This document shows positions 16,230 through 33,180 of a DNA stretch of 64,000 nucleotides, one piece after another (the first letter of the stretch is position 1; each line of letters starts with the position of its first letter). Origin of the DNA: the human T2T-CHM13v2.0 reference genome, Homo sapiens; NCBI RefSeq assembly GCF_009914755.1, contig NC_060945.1; one strand, 5' to 3'. The position numbers and the translations under genes were made by a program. Below the pieces are notes generated by a model. It was not told the origin of the DNA. It saw only the letters and a program-made list of their open reading frames with translations, and made no database searches.

Positions 16230-17060
16230 GAATGGCTAACAAGCACATGAAAAGATGCTCAGAATCATTAGTAATGAAAGAAACACAAATTAAACCACAA
16301 TGAGATACCACTTCACACATAAAAAGGAATTAACACTTGCTGGTGAGGATGTGGGGAAATGTCATATTTCCCCACAGCAGCCATAGTACACTGCTGGTGG
16401 GAATATAATATGATGCATCTGCTATGGAAGAGAATATAGTGGCTCTTCAAAACGTTAATCCTAGAAAGCCTGGGCATGGTGGCTCCCGCCTATAATTCCA
16501 GCACTTCGAGAGGCCAAGGTGAGAGGACTGTTTGAGCCCAGGAGTTTGAGAGCAGCCTTGGTAACATAGCAAGACCCTGTCTCTATAAAAATCAAATAAA
16601 AAATAAATAGAGGAAAAGCACATTAATCATAGAACTGCCATATCCACCACTTCCACTCCTTGGTATATACCCCAAAGAACTGAAAACAGCTATTCAAAGA
16701 AATACTTGCACATGAGTGTTCAGATTATTAACGGAAACCAAAAGGTGGAAATAACCCACATGTCTACCAATGGATGAATCAATAAACAACACATGGTCTA
16801 TCCATACAGTAGAATATTATTGAGCCATAAAAAGGAGTGAAGTGCTGGTACATTGCCAGAACATCAAAGACCCTTGAAAACATTATGCTAAGTGAAATAA
16901 GCCAGATGCGAAAGGACATGAATTATATGATTTCATTGATATAAAATGTCCAGAAAAGGTAAAAAATATCCATTGAGACCAAAAGCAGATTGTGGTTGCC
17001 CCGGACTAAAGAAAGAGTAATTACTTAATTTTCCTGGGGGTTTCCTCTTGGCATGATGTT
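16230..17060 (+). mobile_element. L1M 3' fragment containing a FLAM/Alu monomer (~16468-16610)
   Basis: aagcacatgaaaagatgctca...ttaaaccacaatgagataccacttcacac, with an Alu left arm inside. Confidence 0.75.
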
Positions 17061-17470
17061 CTGTATACAGGACATACAAAAAGCCTTTATTTTTTATTCT
17101 TAGCAAATACTTAATTAGTACTCACCATGAGCTGGGCATGTTCTAAGTCACTTTCCAATTACTAACAAATCACTTAATTATATTGACACAAAAAGAATGG
17201 GCATAATGCATAAAGCAAATACGAACATAAAAAAGAAATCTCCCTATTAATATCATTTATGTTGAATTCAATGCAGGGAGCATTTAAATAAGATAAAGGG
17301 AGATACTTCATAATCCACACTGGTCAGCTAACATCATGACTATCTATGCAGAAGATAAACCAGCATCAAAACTCATAAAGAAAAATTTATAGAGAGTAAG
17401 AAAAAAATGAAGAAACAGTTTAGAGGTAGGTAATTTGAATTTACTGTTCGGTGCATAAAAGAACAAATAG

Positions 17471-18900
<1,430 letters not shown>

Positions 18901-19413
18901 TAAAATTTGAAATTAAGCACCTAATGATATTAAGAAATGAATAACAAAATAAACCCAAAGAAAGCAGGGGGGAAAAAAAGCAATTGGAAAAGATGAGAGC
19001 AAAAATAATGAAAAAAAAAACATCTATAATACATCTAGCGGTTGGTTCCTTGAAGAAAAAGAAAGAAAGAAATGAAAAAATCATTAACTATCCTAATAAA
19101 GAAACAAAGGAGAAAGAACAAATATACAAAATAAGAATTGTGAATGAAATAATTGTAGACACAGAGGATATCAAATGAGTGACTCCTCAATCCCTCTGCA
19201 AATAGATTCAAAATCTTGACCAAATGGATGATTTTCTAGGAAAATATAAATTACCAAAACTGACCACCAAAGAGATTTTAAAAATCAGAAAATATCGTTT
19301 ATCACAGAGATGGTAAAAACCTTGATAAAAAGTCATTTACCCAGAGAAGCATCTGGTTCCAACAGCTTTGCAAGTGCATCCTATTAAAACTTTATTGATT
19401 GGCAAACGCTAAT

Positions 19414-21016
19414 TTTTTTTAATTTTTATTTTTAATTATACTTTAAGTTCTAGGGTACATGTGTACAACGTGCAGTTTTGTTACATATGTATACGTGTGC
19501 CATGTTGGTGTACTGCACCCATTAACTCGTCATTTACATTAGGTATATCTCCTAATGCTATCCCTTCCCCCTCCCCTCTCCCCACGACAGGCCCCAGTGT
19601 GTGATGTTCCCCACTCTGTGTTCAAGTGTTCTCATTGTTCAATTCCCACCTATGAGTGAGAACATGCGGTGTTTGGTCTTCTGTCCTTTCAATAGTTTGC
19701 TCAGAATGATGGTTTCCAGCTGCATCCATATCCCTACAAAGGACATGAACTCATCCTTTTTTATGGCTGCTTAGTATTCCACGGTGTATATGTGCCACAT
19801 TTTCTTAATCCAGTCTATCATTGCTGGACATTTGGGTTGGTTCCAAGTCTTTGCTATTGTTAATAGTGCCGCAATAAACATACATGTGCATGTGTCTTTG
19901 TAACAGCATGATTTATAATCCTTTGGGTATATACCCTGTAATGGGACGGCTGGGTCAAATGGTATTTCTAGTTCTAGATCCTTGAGGAATTGTCACACTG
20001 TCTTCCACAATGGTTGAACTACTTTACAGTCCCACCAACAGTGTAAAAGTGTTCCTATTTCTCCACATCCTCTCCAACATCTGTTGTTTCCTGACTTTTA
20101 ATGATCGCCCTTCTAACTGGTGTGAAATGGTATCTCATTGTGGTTTTGATTTGCATTTCTCTGATGGCCATTGATGATGAGCGTTTTTTCATGTGTCTGT
20201 TGGCTGCAAAAATGTCTTCTTTTGAAAAGTGTCTGTTCATATCCTTTGCCCACTTTTTGATGGGGTTGTTTGATTTTTTTCTTGTAAATTTGTTTAAGTT
20301 CTTTGTAGATTCTGGATATTAGCCCTTTGTCAGGTGGGTAGATTGCAAAAATTTTCACCCATTCTGTAGGTTGCCTGTTCACTCTGATGGTAGTTTCTTT
20401 TGCTGTGCAGAAGCTCTTTAGTTTAATTAGATCCCATTTGTCAATTTTGGCTTTTGCTGCCATTGCTTTTGGTGTTTTAGACATGAAGTCCTTGCCCATG
20501 CCTATGTCCTGAATGGTATTGCCTAGGTTTTCTTCTAGGTTTTAGGTCGGACGTTTAAGTCTTTAATCCGTCTTGAATTAATTTTTGTATAAGGTGTAAA
20601 GAAGGGATCCAATTTCAGCTTTTTACATATGGCTAGCCAGTTTTCCCAACACCATTTATTAAATAGGGAATCCTTTCCCCATTTCTTGTTTTTGTCAGGT
20701 TTGTCAAAGATCAGGTGGTTGTAGATGTGTGGTATTACTTCCAAGGGCTCTGTTCTGTTCCATTGGTTCTGTTCTGTCTCTGTTTTCGTACCAGTACCAT
20801 GCTGTTTTGGTTACTGTAGCCTTGTAGTATAGTTTGAAGTCAGGTAGCATGATGCCTCCAGCTTTGTTCTTTTGGCTTAGAATTGTCTTGGCAATGCGGG
20901 CTCTTTTTTGGTTCCATATGGACGTTAAAGTAGTTTTTTCCAATTCTGTGAAGAAAGTCATTGGTAGCTTGATGGGGATGCCACTGAATCTATAAATTAC
21001 CTTGGGCAGTATGGCC
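19414..21016 (-). mobile_element. 5'-truncated primate L1PA (ORF2 3' part plus 3'UTR), inserted in older L1 sequence
   Basis: ORF2 peptides ([36 protein letters not shown]; [14 protein letters not shown]) are broken by frameshifts. A 16-bp TSD attggcaaac(g/a)ctaat is at 19398-19413 and 21017-21032. Confidence 0.95.
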
Positions 21017-22135
21017 ATTGGCAAACACTAATGTTTTTAAACTGTTCTAGAGAGCATGGAGAAAGGAGAAAACCTTCCAAATTATTCCTGTGAAGCTTGC
21101 ATGTCAATGATTCCATAACAATAACTATAGAATCAAATAACCACAATAAAAGAAAAACACAGACCAACTCCACTTATGGATATAGATGTAAATATTCTAA
21201 ATACAATATTAGCTGATAGATCTAACACTGCATTAAAAGATTTGTGGAAGGAGTTGTTCAATATTAGGAAATCCACTCTGTGATTATCTCAAGTTAGCAA
21301 TTAGATGTATATTCAATGCTGAAATAACAGAAGCACCCCAGTTTAGTCAGAAATAAGACCCAATTACCCATTATCACCACCACCATTTAGTATTGCACTG
21401 GGGAATTACCAATTCAGTTAGACAAGAGTGGGGAAGAGGTACAAAAACTAGAAAGAAGGTGGCAAAAACAATCATTGACTGTATGATTGGAAAAAATAAG
21501 AGAATCAATTGCAAAACCATTAGAAAGAGCAGGATAATTCAGGAAGCTCAGGGGGCACAAAATAAATGTTTTTACAAAACAATATCCAAGAATCTATATT
21601 AACAACAATATCTTTGAGATATAATTGAATAGAAGATTCCATTTACAATAGGAAACCCCAAAGATAGAACACCCAAGAGTTGCACAAAATTTACACAAAG
21701 AAAATCTAAACAACAGAGGGACAAAACGGAAGATTTGACTACATGCAAGTATATTTCCTAGTCTTGGGTAGAAAGACTCATCTGCATAAAGATGACAATC
21801 CTTCCTGAATTAATCTATAAATTTAGTATAATTCCAATGGAAATTTCCCTTGTTTTGTTGTTGTTGTGCTGTTTTTGTTTTGTTTTCCAGACTACACTGA
21901 ATGCCAAATATTCCATTTAGTGATTTTCTTCTTCCCTTTTCCTTTCTAATGACATATTTTGTGCTTTTCAGACCTGCCTTTCTTTCTCTCGGCACCAATG
22001 AATAAAGTTCCAGCTTTAAGGCTTGAAAAATCACAGCAAAGTTGCAGCAAAATTAAAAGGAAAAAAATGTTCTTTTTTTTTCCTGCAGCTGCAGAGAGTG
22101 GCAGATAGCATCCTGCGTGATAAACGCCTATTCTT

Positions 22136-22437
<302 letters not shown>

Positions 22438-22875
22438 ACCTATCCTTGCCTATGTCATTTTAACAAAGGAGGAAGTAAATCCCCTGGATTTCAGAGGCTG
22501 ATGCTCTGCCCAAGAAAAGCAACCCTAACTTCCCCAAAGGCTAAAATTCAGACTGATTGGCTCTGGCAGAGATATTTAAATTGATACCTCTGTTTCCTCA
22601 AAGGTATAAGCCTTTGCGAACTTTCTTTGGTTTCTCTCTTCTCTCACAGGAGGCAGGGGATAAACAAATATGTTAGATTTCTTATTTAAACAAAGAGCTT
22701 GAGGGTTTTGCCTCATCGAAATTAACAGAGACAAGTTGATGCTAATATTTTTATGGAAAATCGAATATGCAAAAATAGCCAAGGAAATTCCAGGGAAAAA
22801 GTAATGAAAGAAAATATCACCAAAAGATGTTAAAACATTTTGGAAAGCCACAGAAATTAAAAGTGTTTGATCCTA

Positions 22876-23218
<343 letters not shown>

Positions 23219-23715
23219 AGGCAGATAGATCAGTGGAACAGAATAAAATCCAGAAATAGACTGAAAACATTCAGGAAAACAGTATAAAATAAAGGGGACA
23301 TTTCAAATCAATGGAGAAAAGATTAGTTATCTCAGAAATGAATGGGACGATTGAGTAGACTGGGAAAGAGTAAAACTGGAGCTCTACACACACCAAAATA
23401 CATTCCAGATGGGGCTAAGATTTTATATATCTATATATGTTTAAATAAAGCCATGAAAGAACTAGAGCAAACATGAGAGATTTATTTTTATAATCCCAGA
23501 CGGTGGCAAACTTTCCAAGTGTGGCACAAAAGTCAGAAATCATTAAAAAAAGACTGATAAATCCAACTACACAAAGTTAGACATTTCTTTATGGCAAAAA
23601 ATGCTATCAAAAAGTCAAGAGATCAATGATAATGGGGGAAACATTTGTAACACATACAATAAGCTGTCCAATTTTTTAATAGTCAAAGACTTTAACATTA
23701 AGAAACAGACCAGCT

Positions 23716-24277
23716 GGCTGGGCATGGTGGCTCGAGGCTGGGGGATCACTTGAGGTCAGGAGTTCAAGATCAGTCTGGCCAACATGGCAAAACCCCGTCT
23801 CTACCAAAAATACAAAAATTAGCTGGGCATGGTGGGGCATGGTGGTGCATGCCAGTAATCCCAGCTACTCAGGAGGTTCTTCTGGCTTCTCAGCTTGCAG
23901 ACAGCCTATTGTGGGACCTTATGATTGTGTGAGTTAATACTTAATAAACTCCTGTTTATATTATGTGTGTGTGTGTGTATATATATGTGTGTGTGTGTGT
24001 GTGTATACACACATATACTGGAATATATGTATATACATATATACATATATACACATACATATATATACACATATACATATATACACATATATATATACAC
24101 ATATACATATATACATATATACACGTATACATATATACATATATACACATATACATAAATACATATATACATATACATAAATACATATATACACATATAT
24201 ATACATATACTATATATATACATATACATATATTCATTCCATTAGTTCTGTCCCTCTAGAGAACCCTGATGAATACA
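23716..24277 (+). mobile_element. Deleted Alu (23716-23875) fused to an MLT2A-like ERVL LTR 3' part
   Basis: cagcttgcagacagcctattgtgggacct...taataaactcc and attagttctgtccctctagagaaccctga...aataca are MLT2A motifs. Confidence 0.75.
23958..24232 (+). repeat. Compound (TG)n/(TA)n/(TACA)n microsatellite expanded inside the MLT2A
   Basis: Directly visible alternating purine-pyrimidine repeat. Confidence 0.95.
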
Positions 24278-24912
24278 GTGGGCTACACACCTATTGGAAT
24301 GGCCAAAACCCAGAACACTGACAACACCAAATGCTGGTAAGGATGTGGCGTTTTTTATCCGCATTCATTGCTGATGGTAATGCAAAATAGTGCAGCCAGT
24401 TTGGAACACAGTTTGGCAGCTCTTTACAAAACGACGTGTACTCTTACCATACGATCCAGAAACTGTATTCCTAGGTATCTACCCAAAGGAGTTGAAAACT
24501 TGTAACCACACAAAAACTTGCACACAGATGCTCATAGCAAGCTTTATTTATTATTGCCCAAACTTGGAAGCAAACAAGATGTCCATCAGTAGGTGAATGG
24601 ATAAATAAACTGTGGTGTATCCACACAGTAGAATATTATTCAGTGCTAAAAAGAAATGAGCTATCAAGACATGAAAAGACATGGAGGAAACTGAAATGCA
24701 TATGACTGAGTGAAAGAAGCCCTTATGAAAAGCTACATACTGTATGACTCTAACTATGTGACATTCTGAAAAAGGCAAAACTATGGTGAAAACATCAGTG
24801 GTTGCCAGCAGTTGAGACGGGTGGGGGGAAGATAACCAGGTAGAGCATAGAGGACTTTAAGGGCAGCGAAAATGCTCTGTATGTTACTACGATGGTGGAT
24901 ACATGTCATTAT
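24278..24912 (+). mobile_element. L1M 3' fragment
   Basis: aacactgacaacaccaaatgctggtaaggatgtgg; ctaggtatctacccaaaggagttgaaaact. Confidence 0.8.
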
Positions 24913-25765
24913 ACAGCAGGTCCTTGGATGACACTATCTCATTCAACATCATTTTGCTATAAAGTTGATGAGAAAAAAAAGTCAATTCCTAGCCAGGCCA
25001 CTGTCTCTGTGGAGGGTGTGCGTTCTCCCCATGTCTGTGTGGGTTTCCTCTGGGTCCTCCAGTTTCCTCCCACATCCCAAAGCTATGCACGGTAGGTGAA
25101 CTGGCATGTCTACATGGTCCCAGTGTGAGCGAGTGTGGAAGTGGGTGAGTGTGCCCTATGATGGAAGAGGACCCTGTCCAGGGTTGGTGTCTGCCTTGAC
25201 CCTGTGCCTCTGGGATGGGCTCTGCCATCCACAGCTCTGAAGTGGAATAAGCCAGTCAATAATATTCTCGCTTGTTTTTTGTTGTTGTTGTTGTTTGTTT
25301 GTTTTTGTGACAGAGTCTCACTCTGTTGCCCAGGCTAAAGTGCAGTGGCACTAACTCGGCTCACTGCAACCTCCACCTCCAGGGTTCAAGTGATTCCTGT
25401 GTCTCAGCCTACTGAGTAGCTGGGACTACAGGCATGCGCCACCATGCCCAGCTAATTTTTGTATTTTTAGTAGAATCAGGATTTTGCCACGTTGGCCAGG
25501 CTGGTCTTGAACTCTTGACCTCAGGTGATCTGCCTGCCTCAGACTCCCAAAGTGCTGGGATTACAGGCGTGAGCCACCGTGCTCAGCTTTCACTTGTTTG
25601 TATTAATCTTTCCTAAATGTATGTATGGCTCACATTTATTTCAATGTTTAGTATTAGAAGTGTTTGAGGTCTTTGTAAGTTTGGTGATGTTTTGTGACCA
25701 GAAACAGGCCATAGGAACTTAACTCTTGTTTATATTAATTAGCTTATGGTAAAATTGGATAAATG
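24913..25765 (+). mobile_element. MER6-type Tc1/mariner (Tigger-related) DNA transposon, interrupted by a minus-strand Alu (~25273-25588)
   Basis: It starts ta-cagcaggtcct and contains the V-SINE-like core ttctccccatgtctgtgtgggtttcctctggg...gtttcctcccacatcccaaa. Confidence 0.7.
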
Positions 25766-25767
25766 TT

Positions 25768-26055
25768 TTATAAGAGACATGAAAGGGCATACAGACACAC
25801 AGGAGAGAAGGCCATGTGAAGATGGAGGTGGAGGAGACAGTGATGCAGCCACAAGCCAAGGGATGCAAGCGGCCACCTGCAGTTGAGAGAGGCAGGAAGG
25901 ATCCTCAGAAGGCATGGAGCCTACGAGGAAGCCTGGCCCTGCTGGTACCTTAATTTTGGACTTCCAGCCTCCAGAACCATGAGAGATTACATTTCTGTTG
26001 TTTGAAGCCACTGATTTTTGTGGTCATTGGTTATGGCAGCCACAGGAAATAAGAT
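25768..26055 (+). mobile_element. MLT1 LTR fragment
   Basis: ggccatgtgaagatggagg...ggacttccagcctccagaaccatgagag...gcagccacaggaaa. Confidence 0.75.
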
Positions 26056-27190
26056 AATCACCCACTTAATTTTCCTAGAAAAGCTGTGTTTTGAAAGTCC
26101 TCTTGAAGCCTGGGTTCCTCTCTCTGCATCTCCCAGTTTTCCCTCAAAGCTTGTGGATTCTCCATTCCTCACATTAACTCAGGCCTTTCATTGCCAAGTG
26201 ACCCCGAGTCCTGCCTTCGCGGGTGCTGGGGGAGCCTTCCTGACCCACTGGAAGTGGACCTGCCCATCTCCTTGCTGTGAAACTGCATGAGGGGGCTTGT
26301 GTCTGAGGATTGTCTGGCGTGAGGGGAGAGACACCACGTGGGGACAGAGGAGTGGATGAGCAGGCCGGGGCATGACGGGGCCGTGACAGGGACCTGGCCT
26401 TCCATTCTGTGGAAGCCTGAGACAAGCAGCAACTTCTCTCATTCCTCCTCTCTATGACAAGACAGGAACTGGGACACTCACCTTACTACCCTAATTCGCT
26501 GAGCCTCGGAAGAAAAGCAGCTTAGATTTTTAATCCCATCCAAGATGGAGGCCCTCCTGCTCCTGCTGCCTTGTTCTCACCCCCTTTCGTGATGTGCGAG
26601 GCCATCGGAAGGTGTGGAATTTCTCCACTGATTCCTCTCATTGTCCCTTTCTCCCTACTCCTGGGGAGGCTGCAATGGTGACCTCATCCACCTTCAGAGG
26701 CAGGTGCTGGAGGAGGAAAGGATGTGGGAGTTCAAGCCGGCTGCAGAGGCCCAAGAGCCCAGATGGTGTCCTTCCAGCAAACTGGAGAGGCACTCCTCCT
26801 ACCAGGCAGCCACTGCCCCACTCCAGGGCCCCTGGCTCAGCTAGGGAAGTGGGGCTGGGTTTCACCCCCTGCTCATCCCCTAAGGCCCAGTGCTGGACTC
26901 AGTGCAGCACCTGCCCAGCCATCTCTAGCAGCGGCATAAAGCATAAAATCAAGGCCAATGTTACGTGCTGCCTTGACATGTGGTAAAATGTGAAGGGCCT
27001 CAAGTGGCCTAAATGCAAGCTCCTGTCCCACCTCTGCTCCCATAAATAGGGTCTCCCAGCTGGGCAACCCTTCTTATCCCAGGGACCAGGTACCACCCCT
27101 GTTTGTTGCCAAGTAGCAGGCTTCAGTTCCCTGCCAGTCTGCGGAATTATTTAACAACCTCATGAAGAAACCAGGGGCCACTCCACCCTC

Positions 27191-27563
27191 TGTATTAGCC
27201 TGTTCTCAGGCAGCTAATAAAGATACCCAAGACTGGGTAATTTATAAAGAAAAGAAGTTTAATTGACTCACAGTTCCACATGGCTTGGGAGGCCTCAGAA
27301 AACCTACAATCATGGTAGAAGGGGAGGCAAACATGTCCTCCTTCACGTGGCAGCAGGAAGGAGAAGTGCTGAGCAAAAGGGGGAAAAGTCCCTTATAAAT
27401 CCATCAGATCTCATGAGAATTCACTCACTGTCATGAGAACAGCATGGAGGTAACCCCCACATGATTCAATCACCTCCCACTGGGTCCCTCCCACGACATG
27501 TGGGGATTATGGGAATTACAATTCAAGATGAGATGTGGAAGGGGTCACGGCCAAACCATATCA
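27191..27563 (-). mobile_element. THE1 (MaLR) solo LTR
   Basis: tgtattag...gactgggtaatttataaagaaaagaagtttaattgactcacagttccacatggc...ccaaaccatatca. Confidence 0.9.
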
Positions 27564-28495
27564 CTCTTGTTACTACCAAACCTGCTGTCCAACAACCCTG
27601 CTGTTCACTCTGCTCTTGAGCACCACCTCATGTGGCCCTGCATAGCCTGCAGTGGCCCTTCCCCTGGGCTACGAGTATATGTGACTAGAAAATTGCCGTG
27701 GGTCTCACCTCTCCAGTGTTGGGTGTTGTGTGTCCAGCCCTAGAGTGGGACTCCTTCCCTCACGAATGGGGTGAATAGAAGGTGATAAAAAGATCTGAGT
27801 CTAGGGATACCTAGGAGGTGGAATCTCTTCTCCATGCATAGCATGAGTGATCACAGGCCTGAAACCAAAAGGGACTTAGGTCTGGGGGAGAGATTATTTT
27901 CCAGGTGCTGAATATTCCTGGGATAGGGGAGGGAGCTAAACAGGTTCCTGCCCAAAGGAAGTGAGAAGGGGGTCCTAGCAACTTCTCAGGGATTTAGAGC
28001 TGTGACTCCAGGGCCTTTGTTCAGAGGAGCTACCTTGCAAGGAACTTCTAGAAGAATGCTTCTCTTTCTCAGCATCCATCCTCCCATTTCATAGTCGTGC
28101 CCACGATGGGCCCCGTCTCCCTGAACTTGATGGCTGAATAGAAGTGTAGCCTCCCAGGGGCATCTAAAGGCACTCAGAGCCCCTTACCCAGCCCCAGCAG
28201 GCACCTGCCTGGCTGCCCGGTCCTCAGGGTTCCCTGTGCATTGAGCAATATCCTCAAAGTGACCACCAGGGGGCAGCAGCACCCAGACTGCCTTCCACTG
28301 CACCTGCAGATCAACAAATTCCAGTATTTTGGGGGAATATCTGTGATAACTTGGCTACTGCTTTACTGACCTCAGGTAAATAGACAGACCAATGTGCTTG
28401 AGGAGCCAATTGCTTTAAATCTCCTGACTCATTTTTTGTATTAAGATTTGTTTTATTTATGCAATTATTCTGTTTACTCAAAGACTTTACCAGAA

Positions 28496-29163
<668 letters not shown>

Positions 29164-29391
29164 TTATGTCCATTTCTTTTGTCTTCAAGCACTGGTATCC
29201 TTTACTTATCTCTCCTCACCTGATCTAGTGTTTACATCTCATTTGCGCCCATAGAGAAGTCATACACTGATGTGGATTTTAGATAGGGCACGCTCTCAAG
29301 ACAGCCACATGTATTATTCTGTGCTCACACAGCCTGGCCTGGAGATGCAAAGATTATGGAATCCAGAATCTAAATGAGAGGATCAGATTAA

Positions 29392-29957
<566 letters not shown>

Positions 29958-30177
29958 AGCCCTGAGTCTGTTTATGCTTCTGTCAGGTGTGGCATGGGCC
30001 TGCCTGGGAGCTATTCTTTTTCTGTAAAGCACAGGCAGTTAATCAGTGGTCTCTGGGAAGAATCCAGCTCAGGGTTATATTTCGTTTGACCCACTCAAGT
30101 TTTAAAAAGTAAATTAGTTGCCAATGTGCAAACATTAGAAGAGTTCACAGCTTCTCCAACAATACCTAGAAGTTCAT

Positions 30178-30952
30178 CCGATGGTGCCCGCATTCCCTGC
30201 TCTGTCTAGATGGTGCCCACATTCCCTGCTCTGTCTAGATGGTGCCGACATTCCCTGATCTGTCCAGACAGTGCCTACATTCCCTGCTCCATCTGGATGG
30301 TGCCCACATTCCCTGCTCTGTCCAGACGGTGCCCACATTCCCTGCTCTGTCTGGACGGTGCCCACATTCCCTGATCTGTCCGGACAGTGCCCACATTCCC
30401 TCCTCCGTCCGGAAGGTGCCCACATTCCCTGCTGTGTCTGGACGGTGCCCACATTTCCTGCTCCGTCCAGACAGTGCCCACATTCCCTGCTGTGTCTAGA
30501 TGGTGCCCACATTCCCTGCTCCGTCCAGACAGTGCCCACATTCCCTGCTCTGTCTAGATGGTGCCCACATTCCCTGCTCCGTCCGGACGGTGCCCACATT
30601 CCCTGCTCCATCCGGACGGTGCCCACATTCCCTGCTCCGTCCGGACGGTGCCCACATTCCCTGCTCCGTCCGGACGGTGCCCACATTCCCTGCTCTGTCC
30701 AGACGGTGCCCACATTCCCTGCTCCATCTGGACGGTGCCCACATTCCCTCCTCTGTCTAGACAGTGCCCACATTCCCTGCTCCGTCCGGACGGTGCCCAC
30801 ATTCCCTGCTCTGTCTGGACGGTGCTCACATTCCCTGCTCTGTCTAGACAGTGCCCACATTCCCTGCTCCATCCAGACGGTGCCCATACTCCCTGCTCTG
30901 TCTAGATGGTGTCCACATTCCCTGCTCCGTCTAGACTGTGCCCATATTCGCT
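30178..30952 (+). repeat. 29-bp VNTR/minisatellite, ~26-27 copies (consensus GACGGTGCCCACATTCCCTGCTCYGTCYR)
   Basis: Head-to-tail 29-mers with substitution variants and no spacers. Confidence 0.97.
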
Positions 30953-31258
30953 GCTGGCTGCAAATGCGAGGAGTTGACAGCAGCCTCCCCTTTACAAGGC
31001 AGGAGGTGCCACTGTTCGCCATTGTCTCCACCTAGGGCTTCACTTGCTTTCTATCTGCAGACATCAGAGGGACCCACATCTCTCTGTTCTGACACGCTGT
31101 GTGTTGATGGCAGAGTTTAATTATCCACATGCAATCTTACTTTCCTTATTCCCAAGTCCGTGGGGCTGCCTCATCAAAGCATTGTAAGAACTGATAACCA
31201 TCTTCTAGAAGTATAATAGTGATATTAAGAACACACATCACAGATCATAGTAAATGGC

Positions 31259-31264
31259 TTTAAT
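31259..31264 (-). terminator. KCNE1: KCNE1 polyadenylation signal (ATTAAA)
   Basis: tttaat on the plus strand, with a GU-rich tract about 20-35 nt downstream on the minus strand. Confidence 0.7.
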
Positions 31265-32340
31265 TTTTTAACGAAATCTCACTACTGCAAATGCATTGTT
31301 GTCCTAGCTAATGAATGCATAGAGTATTGCCTGCAAAATAATAATTGAGATTCTATTTTTAAGAAGCTTAGAACAGTACATGGTGCATAGCAAAGACTCT
31401 GTGTATGTGAAGCCAGATTTTAAAATATGGTAACAAGTGTCTGAAAATATGTGGCTCAATTTGTCTCCCGGTTACTTTTCCCTCTCCCCCTTTAAAATGT
31501 AGAGGAAGGAGAAGAAGAGATAAGAGGTTTGTGAGTGAAGACAAGGGCCCTTTAAGGCCTGGGAAGACTAACGCCATAGGGATCTCCCTCTGCCTTAAAA
31601 GGCACAGGAATCTTAGTGGGGAAAAAGAAGTGGTGATAAATAGCCAGTCCGTGTGCCTGGAATATCAAAGTCAGTGCGTGCCAGGGATCACACTGCGGGT
31701 CACGTGCACTCTGGGTCTCTCTCTGCAAACCTGCCCTGCCTCAGTCTGGGAATATGCAACTGCCTAAGAAGGGTCTGGCTTACACAGGGGCCGTGAGACG
31801 TGGCAGGCATAGCTGGGCTGCTACTGGTCATGAATCCTGGACACGGCAGGCAAGGTGTGGTGTCCATATGCATTATTCGGGTGGGGCAAAGATCACAGCT
31901 CTCACTAGACTTTCAGAGGACTTTGTAACCCAAAGAACCACTCATCTCAAGGACTGTGGTAACTCAGGGGCTGAGCCATGCCAGTGTTTATTATGTGAAA
32001 CAAGGACTGGAACCTCACAAGACCAAGTCTGTCCATTTGAGGATGGCCCAAGATGCACACGGGCTGCTTTTATCTTATGCGCAGGTTTTAAAAAAATATG
32101 TTTCATTTAAATATTCCATACTCTTCAGGAATGCCCAGGCAGCTGAGCTTTCAGGATGTCGCATTGCAGAGGACTCCAATGCTACATATGGCAGCTGGAG
32201 ACCCTTTCAAGGCAGGTGGCAGAACGGAGGCCCTCTCTATCTGCTGGGGCAGCCCCTCCGGGTGCCCCGCTGGAAGGCAGAGCAGCTCCATCTCTGGGTG
32301 GGTGAGAGGTGCTGCATGGGCTCACTATAGTATCCCAATA

Positions 32341-32755
32341 CTGTATGGCAGTAGGCTGCCAGAGTATCCTAAGCTGGGTGGCTTCAACAACAGGTACTGA
32401 CTCACAGTTCTGGAGGCCAAAAGTTTGAATTCAAGCAGGGCTGTGCTTCCTCTGAAACCTGTGGGAGAGGAGCCTTCCCGGCTTCTTCCCGACTTCTTGG
32501 GATGGGGATGCGCATCCATCCTCGGCCTTCCTTGGTTTGTGGCTGTGTCACTGCACCCTCTGCCTCTGTCACGGCATGGTGTCCTCCCTATGCATCTGTG
32601 TCTGAATTTCCCTCTTCCGATAAGGACTCCAGTCATATTGGGTGAGGGCCCACCCCAATGACCTCATCTCAACTAGATCATCTGCAAAGACTCTATTTCC
32701 CAATTAGGTCACATTGAAGGTACCTGTCTTTTTGGGGGATACAATTCATCTCACA
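32341..32755 (-). mobile_element. MLT1 LTR within the KCNE1 3'UTR
   Basis: ctcacagttctggaggcc...taaggactccagtcatattggg...catctgcaaagactctatttccc...acaattca. Confidence 0.8.
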
Positions 32756-33180
32756 AAACCGGCCCATCACCTCAAAAGGACCTGCCACCCCAGTGCTATG
32801 TGTCCCTCTCTGCCCAGAGCCACTCCTTCCCCTGGCTCTCGGGGAGTGGGGGCACCTTTCCCTGCTCCCACAGTGACCGAGCACCTTCCCCTTGGTATGC
32901 ATTCTGAAGGGGGCATTTTTTTCTCCTCCATCTCAGCCCTGTACAAAGCAAGTTCTTTCTAGATTGAGGTGTGTATGTGTGTCTATGTATATGAGTGTAT
33001 GTGCCTGTGTGTTTTCAGGGAGATGTGTGCAGGATGGGTGCAAGGGAGGAGTGGAAGGCGGAAGGGCAGGAGGAGGATAGAGCCACAAGAGTGAGCACAG
33101 AAGTGACAAGGGCAGAATCAGTGTGTGCTTGTGACAAGTATGGAAATGTCATGCCTTTAGGTTCAGTCCTATAAGGTAGG

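Noticed and set aside
20055-21024. Reverse-transcriptase/ORF2-like peptides
   Set aside because: They come from a frameshifted, 5'-truncated L1PA relic and not from an active or domesticated gene.
23906-24259. Tyr/Ile/His/Thr-rich ORFs
   Set aside because: These are translations of a (TA/CA)n microsatellite.
30174-31035. Long ORFs (285 aa minus, 254 aa plus) and a CRISPR-like appearance
   Set aside because: These are by-products of the 29-bp VNTR. The units are contiguous with no unique spacers, there are no cas genes, and the context is eukaryotic.
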